DNA of 64,000 nucleotides. It comes from Stegostoma tigrinum (lineage: Eukaryota). Shown piece by piece: positions 13,560-26,785 of the stretch. The notes below the pieces were generated by a model. The model was not told where the DNA came from. It saw only the letters and a list, made by a program, of their open reading frames with translations, and did not search any database. Each line of letters starts with the position of its first letter. The stretch's first letter is position 1. The translations under genes and the position numbers were made by a program. The DNA lies in assembly GCF_030684315.1 (NCBI RefSeq), contig NC_081360.1, positions 8,846,599 to 8,910,598 on the forward strand. Direction: 5' to 3'.

Positions 13560-13850
13560 GACTATTCAACCCTCCTCACTCACTCTCTGCTCCCTCCACC
13601 TACCTCACTGCCCACTTTACCCACATCACTCACAGATCACTCCACTCCCTTCATTCACTACCCACTTTACTCGCTTCAATTACTGCCCACTCCACCCACC
13701 TCACTTACTACCCAATCTACCCATCTCAGTCATTGTGCAGTCAACCCACCTCAAACACTGCCCACCTCACTCAGCGGCCATTCTACCCAACCTGCCACTG
13801 TTTGCACCTGACCACACTAGTCACACCATCCATCCGCTACCCTACTTGAA
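13560..13850. repeat. Degenerate C/A-rich low-complexity tandem tract
   Basis: Repeated cactcac, actgcccac and cacctcact units. Confidence 0.7.
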
Positions 13851-13981
13851 GATACTTTAAATTCTATGTCAAGGAAACAATCTGTTATTACATCTAGCTT
13901 TTATTCTCAGATAAGTGGAACACTGAGGGACAAATTTGACTGTGGCACTTGTAGACTCAGGCAATAGCTGGAGAACTGAAG

Positions 13982-14302
13982 GGGTGGCACGGTGGCTCAG
14001 TGGTTAGCACTGCAGCCTCACAGCACCAGGGACCTGGGCTTAATTCTAGCCTCAGGTAACTGTCTGTGCGGAGTTTGTACATTCTCCCGGTGTCTGCGTA
14101 GGTTTCCTCCGGGTGCTCTGGTTTCCTCCCACAGTCCAAAGATGTGCAGGCTAGGTGGATTGGCCATGCTAAATTGCCAGTAGTGTTCAGGGGTGTGTGG
14201 GTTATGGGGGGATGGTTCTGGGTGGGATGCTCCAAGGGGCGGTGTGGACTTGTTGAGCCGAAGGGCCTGTTTCCACACTGTAGGGAATCTAATCATCTAA
14301 TC
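13982..14302 (+). mobile_element. HE1-like tRNA-derived SINE
   Basis: A-box ggtggctcagtggttagcac, degenerate B-box, core ggtttcctcccacagtccaaagatgtgcagg, LINE-like 3' tail. Confidence 0.9.
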
Positions 14303-15049
14303 AACTGGCTAAAGACCTATGCTGCCTCCTCTACAAGGGCAGTCAGTACTACTTGCCAACCAAGCAGTCAAGAGCTCACTGGTGATGTTTTATTTGGATC
14401 ACGATCTGAGCAATGGGATGTTCAGCTTGTCAAAATTGCTAATCAGGCAGAGGCCAAAAGGTCAATTACTCAGCAGTGCCACAAGGTGGTGGCTGTTTAC
14501 AGAAAATATATCCAACAGAGCTCAAGACTGCATACTAGTGCAGGTCAGTGATAAGAGGTGGTGGAAGGTGTTTCACAGGGTTAAAATAGCAGCAGAGGAA
14601 GCTTAAGCGGTTAGTAACTTTGGCAGGGTTGTTATTTCTCAGCAGTTTCACCTTCCTAATGTTTGCTCCCTCCATCTGGAGCTGGTTAGCTTTGAATGAG
14701 GGACTCCCCTAGGACAAAACTATGTTTCCATGTAGTGTTCCCTGCGTGGCAATAGGCAATATTCTGGGCTAATATCCGTGGTGGCAGGAAGATGCTCTTC
14801 ATCGGGCATTAACTTAACTGCCTCAATTGGCAGCAGGATGGAAAAGTTACCCATGGACCTTCCTACCACTGACCTGATTGCAGTGAATGGGAGACGGAAG
14901 AGGAGGATTCTCTACCTCCAAACCTATTATGGAGGAGAGGTTAAAATACATCTCTGAATGTGCTGAAACCTATTTGTATTTAAAATTTAGACAAGCATTC
15001 ATACTGGTTACACAACAGAATTCTCTTAGAAATCAACCATACAAACACT

Positions 15050-15855
15050 ATCACTAGGACCAGTAGTAGGCCAGACTGCTCCACCATCCAATAAAATAGC
15101 TGTTGACCTATCTGTGATTCACATCCACATTCCCAACTATCCCACAATACTCTTTTTCTTCCCCTGCCTAACTAAGATCTATGTATTTTGCCTGGAAAAT
15201 ATTCAGTAACCCTGCCTCCACCATCTTCTGAGACTCAGAGTTACACAGTGACACAACCTCCTCAGAGAAAAAGTTTTCTCTTATTTCTGTCTTAAAAGGG
15301 TGACCCCTCATTCTATAAGTGTCCCCTAGTTCTGAAATCACTCTCAAGATTAAACATCCCATCATGTCCACCCAATCAATACAAGGATCAAACAAATTTC
15401 AATCAAATCATCCCTTGCACTTTTGTACTTTAATGAAAACCAGCCTGGGCTGTTTAATCTTTCCTCATAAGGAAACCTGTTCATTTAAGGTGTCAATCTC
15501 ATAAACTTCTTCAAATTCACCTCCAATGTATTTATATCCTTTATTATATATGAAGACCAAAACTACACACAGTACATGTGATATGTTCTCACCAATGCCC
15601 TGTACAAGTGAAGCATTAAATCCTTACTTTTATGATCAATTCTTGTCAATCATAGAAGCTAGCATCCTATTCATCTTTCTGGTTGCTACTTCCTGCATAC
15701 TAACCTTCTGTGGATTAGGCACTAGGCCACTTCGATTTCCTCTGCCACCCAGAATTCTGCAGACGTTCTCTATTTTTTGCTCTCCCTTCCAGGCTCACAT
15801 TGAACACCATCTGTCAGATTGTTGTCCACTCACTTAAACTATCCATATCACCATT
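15050..15855 (-). mobile_element. Decayed CR1 LINE 3' part
   Basis: RMRGHPFKTEIRENFFSEEVVSLCN and a 3'UTR-like sequence. Confidence 0.75.
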
Positions 15856-18429
15856 CCAGTTTGTTCTGAACTCTGCAAAAGGCTTCCCATTATCCTCACA
15901 AACTATTGAACTTGGCTTGATTTTAATGGACTTCCAAGACCCCTCACCATCTAATGCGAGAGGAAACCTGATTTCCATTTCCCATTTCATAAAGTTGATC
16001 AGACCTTGGTGTGGAAGTTGTGCTTTTGTCCACAAACTATTCCCAATCTACAAAAAAGGCCAGAAGAAAATGTCATGGGACCGGAAATGCTGAGCAGGAT
16101 CCTCCAAATAAACCACCCAGCCATTCATACACCGAAACGCGATTCGAGTCCTGGCCAAAATTCAGCTCCATATTCTGGTTGTAAAAGCAGAAAACCAGGC
16201 AGAAACCTTGATAGAATCCAATTTGAAAATCCGCAGCTGGGAAAAGGTGAATTGTAGCAGATGAGGCACACTCAGTGCTTTGGCGAACAAAATCCATGTT
16301 TTACAGACGCTACAGAGAGTGGACAAGTCCAAGATCTGTTTGAGGATCAGCATATAATAGGAAGTAGAGTGGAAAATTATGAGCTGTGGGGACCTGAGAC
16401 ATGAGGCAGCCTTATATTGCAGAATAAATGTTGGTGTCAGGTGTAACAACAGAGTGGCCTTTGCATGAGGTTGGGTCAGCATGTCTCATGCAACTACATG
16501 CTCATCAATTCATTACGTAGTCAAATGCAAACAGATCACTGCAGGTTAAGGGGCAGGTGGGCAGGAAGTTCTTAACTTGCTCGGACCTTCTGATGTTGAA
16601 TTTCCTGATGCCACATTTAATATGCTCTCAGGCAAGACTTTACTCTCTGTTAGCCAACAGTTTCCCTCAACCTCTGTTAGTCACTCCCATCCAACACTGG
16701 AGATGACTGAAACAACACAGAAAGTGGCCCTATAGCTCAGTGATGCCTCAGTACAGGCTCTCCTATAAACCATCCATGAGAAAAGGGATGGTTACAGAAG
16801 GCCATCCCGAATGACAATAGCAGCCTGGCCTGAGGTGGCAGTGGAGTTCTGCACCTTTGAGAGGCACAAGAGACAACATTGCCTCCAGTCCCATAAAAAG
16901 ATGATGCTCTTCAATGCTCTGCCAGGATGTGAACCGTTGCCTACTCAATGCAAAGTCCCACTCATTTAAGGGAACAAAGCATTGCAAGTTGCCACCACAC
17001 AGGAGGTTGGGTGACAGGTATCTCCTTAAGATGTCTCGTGCATTGAATGTGTGTCACTCAATTTGGGTAGTGTGCTGTAAATTAAGTCCTGGAGTAATCA
17101 CAAAAGTTAAAGTTTGACGCAAGGTTCCCCAATTTACCTGCCTTTCAGGCTAAATTGTGGAAAGCATGGAACAGGCCTCTGTACCGAACAAGAATCACTA
17201 TTTATTATAAGTAATTAAATTCTAGCTACAGCTTCAAAGTTTTAAGCCTTTGGTGTATAACAATACAAATTAAAACTCTAATCCCCTCATAAAGTTCCCA
17301 CTAAACAGACAGACAGACAGAGAGTCAGAGACAGGATGAAATAAAATATGGATACAGGGGAAGGAGAATTCAGTAGTCTTTATTCCCAGGTCCTTTTGTG
17401 GAAATGATCTTAATGAATTTTCTCCTTGCCACCACCGGTTGTCTTTCTCCGGAGGCTCTGCATTCTTTGAATTTGGGTGGTAAGAGGTACAGCATAGCTG
17501 GTAAACTTTATAATAAGTCTCTGACTAATCATTTAAAAATCACAGCTTACAATAACTGCTGTAGGAAAGATAAATTTATTTTCTTCAGGTTGACAGTGAG
17601 GTCTGACTGCAGAGACAGGCTGATTCTGAGGTGGGGAAAATCTGAACTCTTCCCCGTACCTGTAATATGCTTTCAGCTCCAAGCTGTTCAATTACCTGAG
17701 AACCAATCTCACTGTGTTGGCAGAAAAAAAAGGTCTTTGTCATTTGCTCATAGCCCAATCAACTTCTTGTTGCCGGGCAGAAGCTGCATTTGACAGCCTC
17801 ATCTGCAGACCGTCTGCAAGTTGCAATGAAATTGCAATTACTTATTGTTCAAACAATTGTTTTCACAAAGCTTGAAATACATTTCAGGTTACATGCTTTC
17901 AAAACATACAGCACAGTTTGAAACACTGCTTTTAAAATAGCTCTGTCAATTTCAGTCCTTTTGAATACACGAAGTAACAAGCCATGACCCTTCCACTGAA
18001 TTGAGCTACAAACATTGCAGTACTTAAACCATAGTGGTGGTGGCTCTCACACATGTGGCAGGATGCACAGGAAAAATACAAAATGATCTAGAACACGCAG
18101 CAAAGCCAGGCATGATCAGGATAACCAGAAGAACATTAACATCTGACTAGTTTTCCACACGGGCTGACAAATCCACTCAGAATTGAGGGAGTGCTGCCTT
18201 CTTGAAGGTGCTATTCCTGAATAATGCACAAAATTCCTTTGCCTATTGGAATAGATGCAAGCTATCCCATGGAACTAGTACGGAAGTAGAGTGTTTTCCT
18301 GGTCCTTGCCCCAGTGTTCACTCAGCAGCCCATCTCCCTTAGTAAATAATCATTGATCTCATAGCTGTTTCTGACATATTCATTTCCAGTTTTCCTGACT
18401 CCTTTCACTGACAGGAATTGGAAACTGGG

Positions 18430-18952
18430 AATTGGGGGAAGGGGAGATTTTGAAGCTGGTGAAATCTCCCCTTCCCCCACCGCATCCCAAAACCAGCCCA
18501 GTTCGTCCCCTCCCCCCACTGTACCACACAACCAGCCCAGCTCTTCCCCTCCACCCACTGCATCCCAAAACCAGTCCAACCTGTCTCTGCCTCCCTAACC
18601 TCTTCTTCCTCTCACCCATCCCTTCCTCCCACCCCAAGCCGCACCTCCATCTCCTACCTACTAACCTCATCCCACCTCCTTGACCTGTCCGTCTTCCCTG
18701 GACTGACCTATCCCCTCCCTACCTTCACACCTATACTCTCCTCTCCATCTATCTTCTTTTCTCTCCATCTTCTGTCTGCCTCCCCCTCTCTCCCTATTTA
18801 TTCCAGAACCCTCACCCCATCCCCCTCTCTGATGAAGGGTCTAGGCCCGAAACGTCAGCTTTTGTGCTCGTGAGAGGCTGCTGGGCCTGCTGTGTTCATC
18901 CAGCCTCACATTTTATTATCTTGGATTCTCCAGCATCTGCAGTTCCCATTAT
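18430..18952 (+). mobile_element. Penelope 3' fragment with pLTR and short 5' fold-back
   Basis: Matches 7140-7810; 5' junction ggggaaggggagattt / aaatctccccttcccc is an inverted repeat. Confidence 0.85.
18827..18858 (+). ncRNA. Minimal type I hammerhead ribozyme motif (family A), core intact
   Basis: CTGATGA (18829-35), a, stem II gggtc-ta-ggccc, GAAA, cg, TC; palindromic ACGT at stem III; stem I only about 2 bp. Confidence 0.65.
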
Positions 18953-19632
18953 TACATCCCCAATCTGTCCAGTCTCTCTTCATAACAGAATCTCTCCAGC
19001 CCAGGCAGCACCCTGGTAAATCTCTTCTGCTACCTCTCTCCAGTGCTATCAAATTCCTTCTATAACGCGGCTTCCAGAGCTGTAGTAATTGTCATACACT
19101 GACCTTTATTATGAGCTGTATCTACTCCAACATGATACAGAGACCAGCACCACAAACCCTGGGTGAAGCCTTTAAGTTTTGTGGCTCATCATGCAATGTA
19201 GCTCCTGCATAAAAAATTAACATATTCACAATTGCCTAAAAGAAAAAAAAAATTCTTTGCAAACCAGAAACTTGTGGAATGTTTTTGAATGTGATCCAGT
19301 CACAACTAGACAATGATATTGTACAGACTAATCCACCATTGCTAGCAACAAGATGAACATAACTGCAAACTAATTGATGTTACTGCAAGTCGAGAGATAA
19401 AGGGTAATGATGCTACTTAGCTGGTGCTTTGCAATTAAAATTCCTTTGTACCAGCACAATATCATCCTTATTACAGTCATTTAATCTTTAATGAAGTGTT
19501 GTTACTGATAAGAAATGCTGATTTGTGAGCCCACACACTTTATGTTTAGAGGTGGCCGAAAGAAAATCTGGAATGGATACAAATCAAATCTGCTATTGCT
19601 TGGACGGAGTTTAAAGCAACAGTACAACGTGT

Positions 19633-19872
19633 GATAATTACGTGTAGAGCTGGATGAGCCCAGCAGGCCAAGCAGCATCAGAGGAGCAGGAAAGCTGATG
19701 TTTCGGGCCTAGGCCCTTCTTCAGAAATGATTTCTGAGATTTCTTTAGAGATTTCTGAAGAAGGGTCCAGGCCTGAAACATCCTGCTCTATGATGCTGCT
19801 GGGCCTGCTGTGTTCATCCAGCTCTACACCTTATTATCTCAGATTCTCCTGCATCTGCAGTTCCTACTACCC
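19633..19872. mobile_element. Fold-back Penelope pLTR element with hammerhead motifs on both strands
   Basis: Left arm is the reverse complement of the right arm; CTGAAGA..GAAAcatc on each strand; TSD cagtacaac(g/a)tgt at 19620-19632 and 19873-19885. Confidence 0.85.
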
Positions 19873-20564
19873 CAGTACAACATGTATTACTTTCTGAGCT
19901 CCCTCAATGATATCCTTAGGAATATGACTAAACGATATTCCATGTAATATAGAAACTATATGAGAGCAGAACTGTGAAATAATAGCCAGCAAAGCCTATC
20001 TAGCCTTGAGCTCTTTCTCCAGGTTTTTAAAATTACAAGGTCGCCATAAGATCTGTTCCCTTCAGATCATTATCCAGCATCGTGGGGGAGACCAGAACGA
20101 ACCACCATAGAAGGTGGTGCCGATAATAAATCCTAGAGGGAATTTAAGTGAAACCTCTTTATCCTGGGAGTGATGAGAATTTGGAATTTGTTAGTACCGA
20201 GATCAATAGGATATATGTATTTTCAGCGGAAGCTGATGAAATACATCAGGAAGGGATCTGACAATTAAGATGAGATGAAATATGCTGAGCATGGGTTCAC
20301 ATGGAGCATAAACCTATTGGTCTGAATGCTTGTTTCTGTACTGTGGATTCTGTGTAAAAACAGAAATTAGCCCCAGTTCATTTCCCAAGCTGTGAATTAG
20401 CCAATTTTCATTGGCCACATGTCCTGTCAGAGGCCCTCCCTCAACCAGTGTGTATGCACATATTTGAGGGAACAGCATCCAGAGCTGTGGACATTATTCT
20501 GCGCTTTCCTCTTGGGCTGCACTTCCATAGGAATAGGAGGTAGCCATTCAGCTCCCCTACTTTC

Positions 20565-20866
20565 AGAGATTCCCTACAATGGGAAAGCAGGCCGTACGGA
20601 CCTTCAAGTCCACACCGACTCTCGAAAGAGGATCCCACCCACACTCTACCCTCCCCCAGTAACCCTGTATTTATCATGGCTAATGCACCCAGCCTGTGCA
20701 TCCCTGGACACCAGGGGCAATTTAGCATGGCCAATCTGCCCAACCTACACACCTTTGTCCTGTGGGAGCAAACCGGAGAACCTGGAGGAAACCCACACAA
20801 ACATGGGGAGAATATCCCTAGCGCTGTGAGGCAGCAGTGTTAACCACTGAGCCACCATGTTGCCCA
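20565..20866 (-). mobile_element. HE1-like SINE
   Basis: Reverse complement of the 13982-14302 pattern (…gcagcagtgttaaccactgagccaccat). Confidence 0.85.
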
Positions 20867-21402
20867 ACTGCTGACCTACTGCGCTGCTCATTGACCTTCT
20901 ATCCCTTCTCGCATCTTTTCCATTATTGAGTTATATCATGGTCAATTTGTATCTTAACTCCAGCTTGGCCCAATGTCCTTTATAAGTTTGAAACTTCAAA
21001 ATTTCAATAATTCCCAGATTTGACAACTATTGAGGAAGAGAGTTCCAGCTTTCCACAGCCTCTGTGAGAGGAAGTATTTCCTCTCAATGACCGAACTCTT
21101 GAGTTTAAGGTTATGTCCTGTGTTCTTTCATCTGAGGAAATGTTTCCCTCCGGCTACCACATCAAATCATTTAACCATCTTAAGTACCCCATTGAGATAA
21201 CCCCTTAATCATCGAAATTCAAGGCAAAACAAGTCTTGTTAACATCACTCTTTTAGCTCAGTATAACACTGCACTCCTCCCAAGGTTGTTATATCTACTG
21301 CCTCCCATTCAGTATAACTGCACAAGTGATGTCGAGGGCAACAACAATGACAGACAGAAGTACCTCCCTCCTTTGTAAAACTAACAGCAAGCAGAGGGGT
21401 AG

Positions 21403-21750
21403 GCCAGCATGGTAGCTCAGTGGCTAGTATTGCTGTCTCATAGTCCAGGGAACCCAGGTTCAATTGCACACTCAGGTGACGCTGTGGAATCTGTATGCTC
21501 TCCTCTTGTCTGCGCAAGTTTCCTCTGGGCGCTCTGGTTTCTGCCAAAAGTCCAAGGATGTGAAAGTTAGCTAGATTTGCCATGCTAAGTTGCCCTGTAG
21601 TGTCCGGGATGTGCAGTCTAGGTAGATTAGCCATGGGAAGTGCAGGATTACAGGGATGGGGTGTGTCTGGGTGGAGTACTTTCAGATGGGCAGGGTGAAC
21701 TCAATGGACCAAATGGCCTACTTCCATACTGTAGGGAGTTGATGATTCAA
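21403..21750 (+). mobile_element. HE1-like SINE
   Basis: tggtagctcagtggctag A-box, ggttcaattgc B-box, conserved core and tail. Confidence 0.85.
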
Positions 21751-22789
21751 TGAAGAAATTGGGTTGGGGTATCCATATAAAGCAAGTTGTGACCCCGCAC
21801 CTGCTTCTACTTTCAGAAATTTCAACATGGTTTGCAAAGCACAATGTCTCTTTAGGAGTTCCAGGGGCCTGCTGCAATTCAAACAAAATCCAATGGCCAT
21901 TTTTAACCACTGACATGATTACAATTTTAAGGAGGTAGTCATTTCAGCAAATCAATTTTTTCCTCATTGAATCATCATGAAAGGCAGCTGCAGTTGGATT
22001 CAATGTTGGCATGCAGTTACAGGTTATTTTAAACAGCCTTCTGTTGTAGCCCCTGCAATGACGCTTTAGCCTGATCTTTACGGCGAGTCGTGGGCTCCCA
22101 ACTTGATCAATCAGCTGGAAAAAGTTTTGTGACTGTGCTGAAGATTCCAAACTATCAGGCCAATTTTTTCAATTATGTGCCAGTAAATGGATATAAATCA
22201 TTTCCCCGTTGAAATGGCACGCTGTTAAACTTTTACACATGTTACAAATCAGAGATTATTCTCAATCCTCTATTATTTCCCCATCACATACCCTGTTCTA
22301 TTCAAGTTGGAGGTTAATGATGCTATTCTCTGGGTCTCAGGCAATTATGGGTCACGATGAAATATAGTCAAGTATCCTGTTTATTTACTTTCTTTTTCAA
22401 ATCTCACAATCAAACTGAGGTCCAAGGAGGATTATAATGTTTGAAAGCATTTCGTGTAATTTGTGTAGAAGGTGGTGAAATGGTACTGGATTCCTGCCAT
22501 CAAACACTTGATTCCAACTTTAATGAGCAAGACTCTGAGTTGACCTTTTGTTGCATTCAGAGTATTGCTTTTTAATGGATGATGGCACCAATAACTTGAA
22601 TTTAGATAGCACCTTTAAAATAGGAAAATGTCCCAATGCATTTGAGAATTTAATTTAATTTATCCGTCAAATGTAATTTGGCACCAATCTTCATAAGGTG
22701 ATATGAGGATTCTAACAGTTTGGCTGGAGAGATTGGTTCTGTTTGAACAACTTTATAGAACGGTTATGGTCCTACATGTTCATGATGGC

Positions 22790-23300
22790 CCTTTGCAAGA
22801 GCAACATATCGCCCCGCAAATTGTCTTCAAATCATTTTCCAATTCCTTTTTGAAAGGCATTATTGAACTTGGCTCCACCACACATCCAAGGAGTGCGATC
22901 CAGATCCAAGCCCTTTGCTGAGTAAAAGCATTTGTTTGTTTTGCCTTTGGTTCTTTTGCCATTCTCCTTAAACCACGACTTCTGGTTTTGGCTGCTGGGA
23001 ACAGTTTCTCACAAACTATCCTTTGCAGATTGCTAAATATCATTGACAAATGTCCTCAACCTTCTTTTCTCAAAGGCAATGAATCCCAGCTTCTCCAATC
23101 TTCTCCAATCATGTGATTAAAGTCCCTCTTTCAAGGAACCATTCCCTTGAGTCTTTTCTGCCTCCACTGTCTTCACAGAAGTATGGTGCCCAGAACTGGA
23201 CACAATACTCCAATGTTTTGTACAGTCTCACTGCAATTACCTAGCATTTGCATCTATTGCTTTACTTCTATTTATAACGCCCAGAATCCTATATGCCTTA
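22790..23300 (-). mobile_element. Old CR1-type LINE 3' fragment
   Basis: gtgcccagaactggacacaatactcca (the YCVQFW region read on the - strand) and an end-of-ORF2-like translation. Confidence 0.6.
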
Positions 23301-23304
23301 TTGA

Positions 23305-23630
23305 CCGGTGGTTGGCATTGCTGCCTCTCAGAGCCAGAGACCTGGATTTGATTCCAGCCTTGGGTGACTCCCTGGGTGGAGTTTGCCCATTCTCTCTGCT
23401 TTTGTGTGGGTTTCCTCCGGGTCTTCCACTTTCCTCCCACAGTCCAAAGATGTGCAGGTTGGGTGGATTGCCTGTAGTAAATTGTCCATAGCATCCAGGG
23501 ATGTGGGTTAGCTGCAGTAAATGCAGAGTCACAGAGTTGGGGTTCGTTCTGGGTGGCATCCTATTTGGAGGGTTGGTGCAGAAGTGATGGTCTGAATGGC
23601 CTCTCATGGCAGTATAGAAATTCTATGATC
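23305..23630 (+). mobile_element. HE1-like SINE
   Basis: Core tttcctcccacagtccaaagatgtgcagg and tail aatggcctctc..agaaattctatgat. Confidence 0.85.
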
Positions 23631-23744
23631 CCAAGTCCACTTTTCCAGCTTATCTTGCTGCCCTCAATGATTTGCACATACAGACTTCAAGCGCCTCTAC
23701 TCCTGCATGTCTTGGATTTGTATCCTTTATTTTGAAAATGGAGA

Positions 23745-24885
23745 CAGAGATAGAGAAGGTGATTGAGAAATTTCCACCATTTCCCCCAGATCCAACATGA
23801 TGCCACCACCAAACATGTCTTTGAGCATTCCAAAAATACCATTCCCTCCATGACTCCCCAGTCCAGTCATTATGAACCCCAACACTTCCTCCCTTTCCCA
23901 CATCTTCATTCCATTCAAGCACAGGAGTTGCAACTCCTGCCTTTTAGTGTCGCCCATTCAAATCGATGAATGCCCCAAACACTCTTTACAAGTGCAACTA
24001 TAAATGAGTTACTGATACTTCTTCCAATTTAGCGCACTGTATTCATTGTTCATAATTCATTCTCCCCTCCACACAGAAGACTAAAAACAGAATGGGAGGC
24101 CACTTTGTGATACATCTACATTCAGTTTGTAAACATAGTCCCAACATTTTTGACATTTGTAATTTGACTTCTCTGCCTTGCCCTCACCCACACCTCACTG
24201 TCCTCGGCTTGCTGTAAGTCTTACAGTGAAGCTCAGTGCAACCTTGAGGTATAGCCCTCCCTAATCTTCTCAGCTCTCTGCAGCTATCCAGGCTCAATAT
24301 TGAGTTCAACTGCTTGAGATCATAAGCTCTGCATCCAATTTGCTGTCATTCTTTATTGTTTTATTTCTCACCCTGATTCTTTTTCTATCCCTTACATTCA
24401 GGCAGCTGTTATGTAGCCATACGCACCCCAACTTGAATTTGGTTTACTTAACCCCTTACCACTCTCTTTTTGTTTTGCACCATGGCATCTTATGTTAGTT
24501 AAACTCTCCCGCCAACCACCGTCTCACAGAGCCAGCCTTTCATTCTTCCTGTTTCCTCCCTCACTTCCTCTACTTGCTTAAAAAAAACACTTACGTTTCA
24601 TTCTTGACAACAAAATGTGAGGCTGGATGAGCACAGCAGGCCAAGCAGCATCTCAGGAGCACAAAAGCTGACGTTTTGGGCCTAGACCCTTCATCCAGCC
24701 TCACATTTTGTTGTCTTGGATTCTCCAGCATCTGCAGTTCCCATTATCTCTGATACGTTTCATTCTTGCTCCTTTTCTGATGACGTTTAATGGCCCGAAA
24801 CTTCGTTTCTTACCACAACCACTGAGTATTTCCAGCATTTTGCTGTTTTTCTTTCAGATTTCCAGCCTCAGCAGTGTTTGCGCTT
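23745..24885 (+). mobile_element. Old, highly decayed Penelope-like element 3' part
   Basis: Colinear similarity to 6600-7130; degenerate CTGATGA..GAAA at 24777-24800. Confidence 0.65.
24607..24753. mobile_element. Young fold-back pLTR mini-element
   Basis: Perfect 15-bp TSD tacgtttcattcttg (24592-24606, 24754-24768); inverted arms gacaacaaaatgtgaggctggatga / tcatccagcctcacattttgttgtc. Confidence 0.9.
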
Positions 24886-24954
24886 TTACATTTTTGTGGA
24901 GGCTCAGAGAGGTTTAGGGAGAAAAGTCTCGAGCTTCAGGGTGAGCCAACTGAA

Positions 24955-25258
24955 TCATAGATCATAGAATCCCTGCAGTGTGGAAACATGCCCTTTGTCC
25001 CAAAGAATCCAGACCAACTCACAGAGCATTTCAACCAGACTCATTCCCCTAATCTACATATCCTTGAACACTACGGGCAATCTACCCAGCCTGCACATCG
25101 TTGGATTGTGGGAGGAAACCGGAGCACTCAGAGGAAACCCACGCAGACACAGGGAGAATGTGCAAACTCCACACAAACAATCACCCAAGGTGGAATTGAA
25201 CCCAGGTCCCTGGCGCTGTGAAGCAGCAGTGGTAACCAGTGAGCCACCGTGATGCCCT
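24955..25258 (-). mobile_element. HE1-like SINE
   Basis: atcatagaatccctgcagtgtggaaac tail ... accagtgagccaccgtg head. Confidence 0.85.
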
Positions 25259-25289
25259 GTTCAATAGTAAACAACAGCACAATGAAAAT

Positions 25290-26785
25290 GCATTTGCTGC
25301 CCTTGTCCTAGGTGATCAAGGTTGTGGCTGCAAACGTGCTCTTTAAGGGCCTTAGGTGAGTTGTTGCAGTGAGTTTTATAGATATTTCACACTGTTGCTA
25401 CTCATCAATAAATGGGTGAATATTGATAGTTTTACATGAGATGTTAATCGAGTGGTCTGCTTTGTCCTGAACAGTTCCAAGTTCCTTGAGTGTTGTAGGA
25501 GCTGCACTAACCTGGGAAAGTAGGGAGTATTCCATCACACTCTTGGTTTGCATCTTGCAGATAGAGAGGAGAGGATCTGGGGAGCCAAGAGGTGAGTTAC
25601 TTGCTGCCTCATTCCTAACCTCTTATCTGCTCTCGCAGCCACAATATTTATATTGTTAGTCTAGTTTAACTTCTGATCAGTGAGAACCTACAATACTTTG
25701 ATTGTATGGGACTCATCTAGAGTAATGCTGTTGAATATCAAGGCATGATGTTGGATCCTCTCCTGTTGGAGATGGTCTTTGCCTGGCACTTGTGTCATGT
25801 GAATATTACTCGCCACCTACAAGCTCAAACTTGGATACTGGCCAGGTCTTGCTGCATTTGGGAATGGACTGCTTCAGCATCTGAGGGGTCATGTGCAGTC
25901 TTTGGCAAACATGCCCACTTCTGACCTTATGATGGAGGGAAGGTCATTGATGAAGTAGCTGAAGATGGTTAGGACTAGGACACTCCCCCGAGCAACTGCT
26001 GTAGAAATGTCCTGGAGCTGAGATAACTTACTCCCAACAAATATAACTATTTTCCTTTCTGCCAGGCATGACACCAACCAGAAGAGAATTTGCCCCCATT
26101 GACTTCAGTTTCGTGAGTGCTCCTTGATGCCACACGAGATCAGACACAACCTTGATATCAAGAGCACTTTTTCCCTTGAGTTCAGTTCTTTTGTCCATGC
26201 TTGAATCAAGGCTATGATGTGTTCAGGAGATGAGTGAATCTCATGGAACTCCATTTGAGCATCAGTGACAACATTATTGTTGAGCTGAACCCCATACAGG
26301 ATGTGAGAGTGACTGCCCTTGACATCAGAGCCACATAAGGGTTTCAAGGAGCCCTAGCAAAACTAGAAATAATCGGAATTGGGTGAACCTTTTCCACAGG
26401 GATTCACTCTCTCTACCTCTGACATTCAGCAGCAGCAGCGTTCACCATGTACAAGATGTACAGCGCAAAATCATCAAGGCTCCTTTGATAACATCTTCCA
26501 ATCACATAATTATGACCATCCAAAAGTACAAGGGCAGCAGACAGAAAGGAGCATCAACATCTGCAAAATCCCCTCTCAGCCACTCACCATTCTGACTTGG
26601 AAATATATTGCTGTTCCTTCAGTGCTACTAAGTCAAACCCTGGAATTTCCTTCTGAACAGCATTGTAGGTCAACCTAAAGCTCATGGACTGCAGCGATTC
26701 AAAAAAGCATCTCCGACAATTAGGAATGGTCAATAAATATTGGCCCAGCCAACAGCACCCATATCCCATGAATGAATTTTTTAAA
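25290..26785. mobile_element. Second LINE family: - strand fragment (25290-26300) abutting + strand 3' fragment (26300-26785)
   Basis: ARGSVLVLTIFSYFINDLPSIIRSEVGMFA on -; 3' end ...cccatgaatgaat on +. Confidence 0.75.

Noticed and set aside
13982-14060. tRNA gene-like A/B boxes
   Set aside because: It is the head of an HE1-type SINE, not a full cloverleaf
15814-16093. Overlapping ORFs on both strands with a possible - strand acceptor (ttttttgtag, exon start 16047; IGNSLWTKAQLPHQ...)
   Set aside because: Weak donor, no partner exons found, no recognisable motif, and it runs into a CR1 fragment
17130-18000. Possible solo LTR and a 131-aa ORF (17398-17793)
   Set aside because: No TG..CA termini or TSD could be identified, and the ORF has no recognisable motifs
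21701-22150. Unique sequence with short - strand ORFs and a + strand acceptor-like site
   Set aside because: All three + frames stop soon after the acceptor, and the - strand exon cannot be linked to anything
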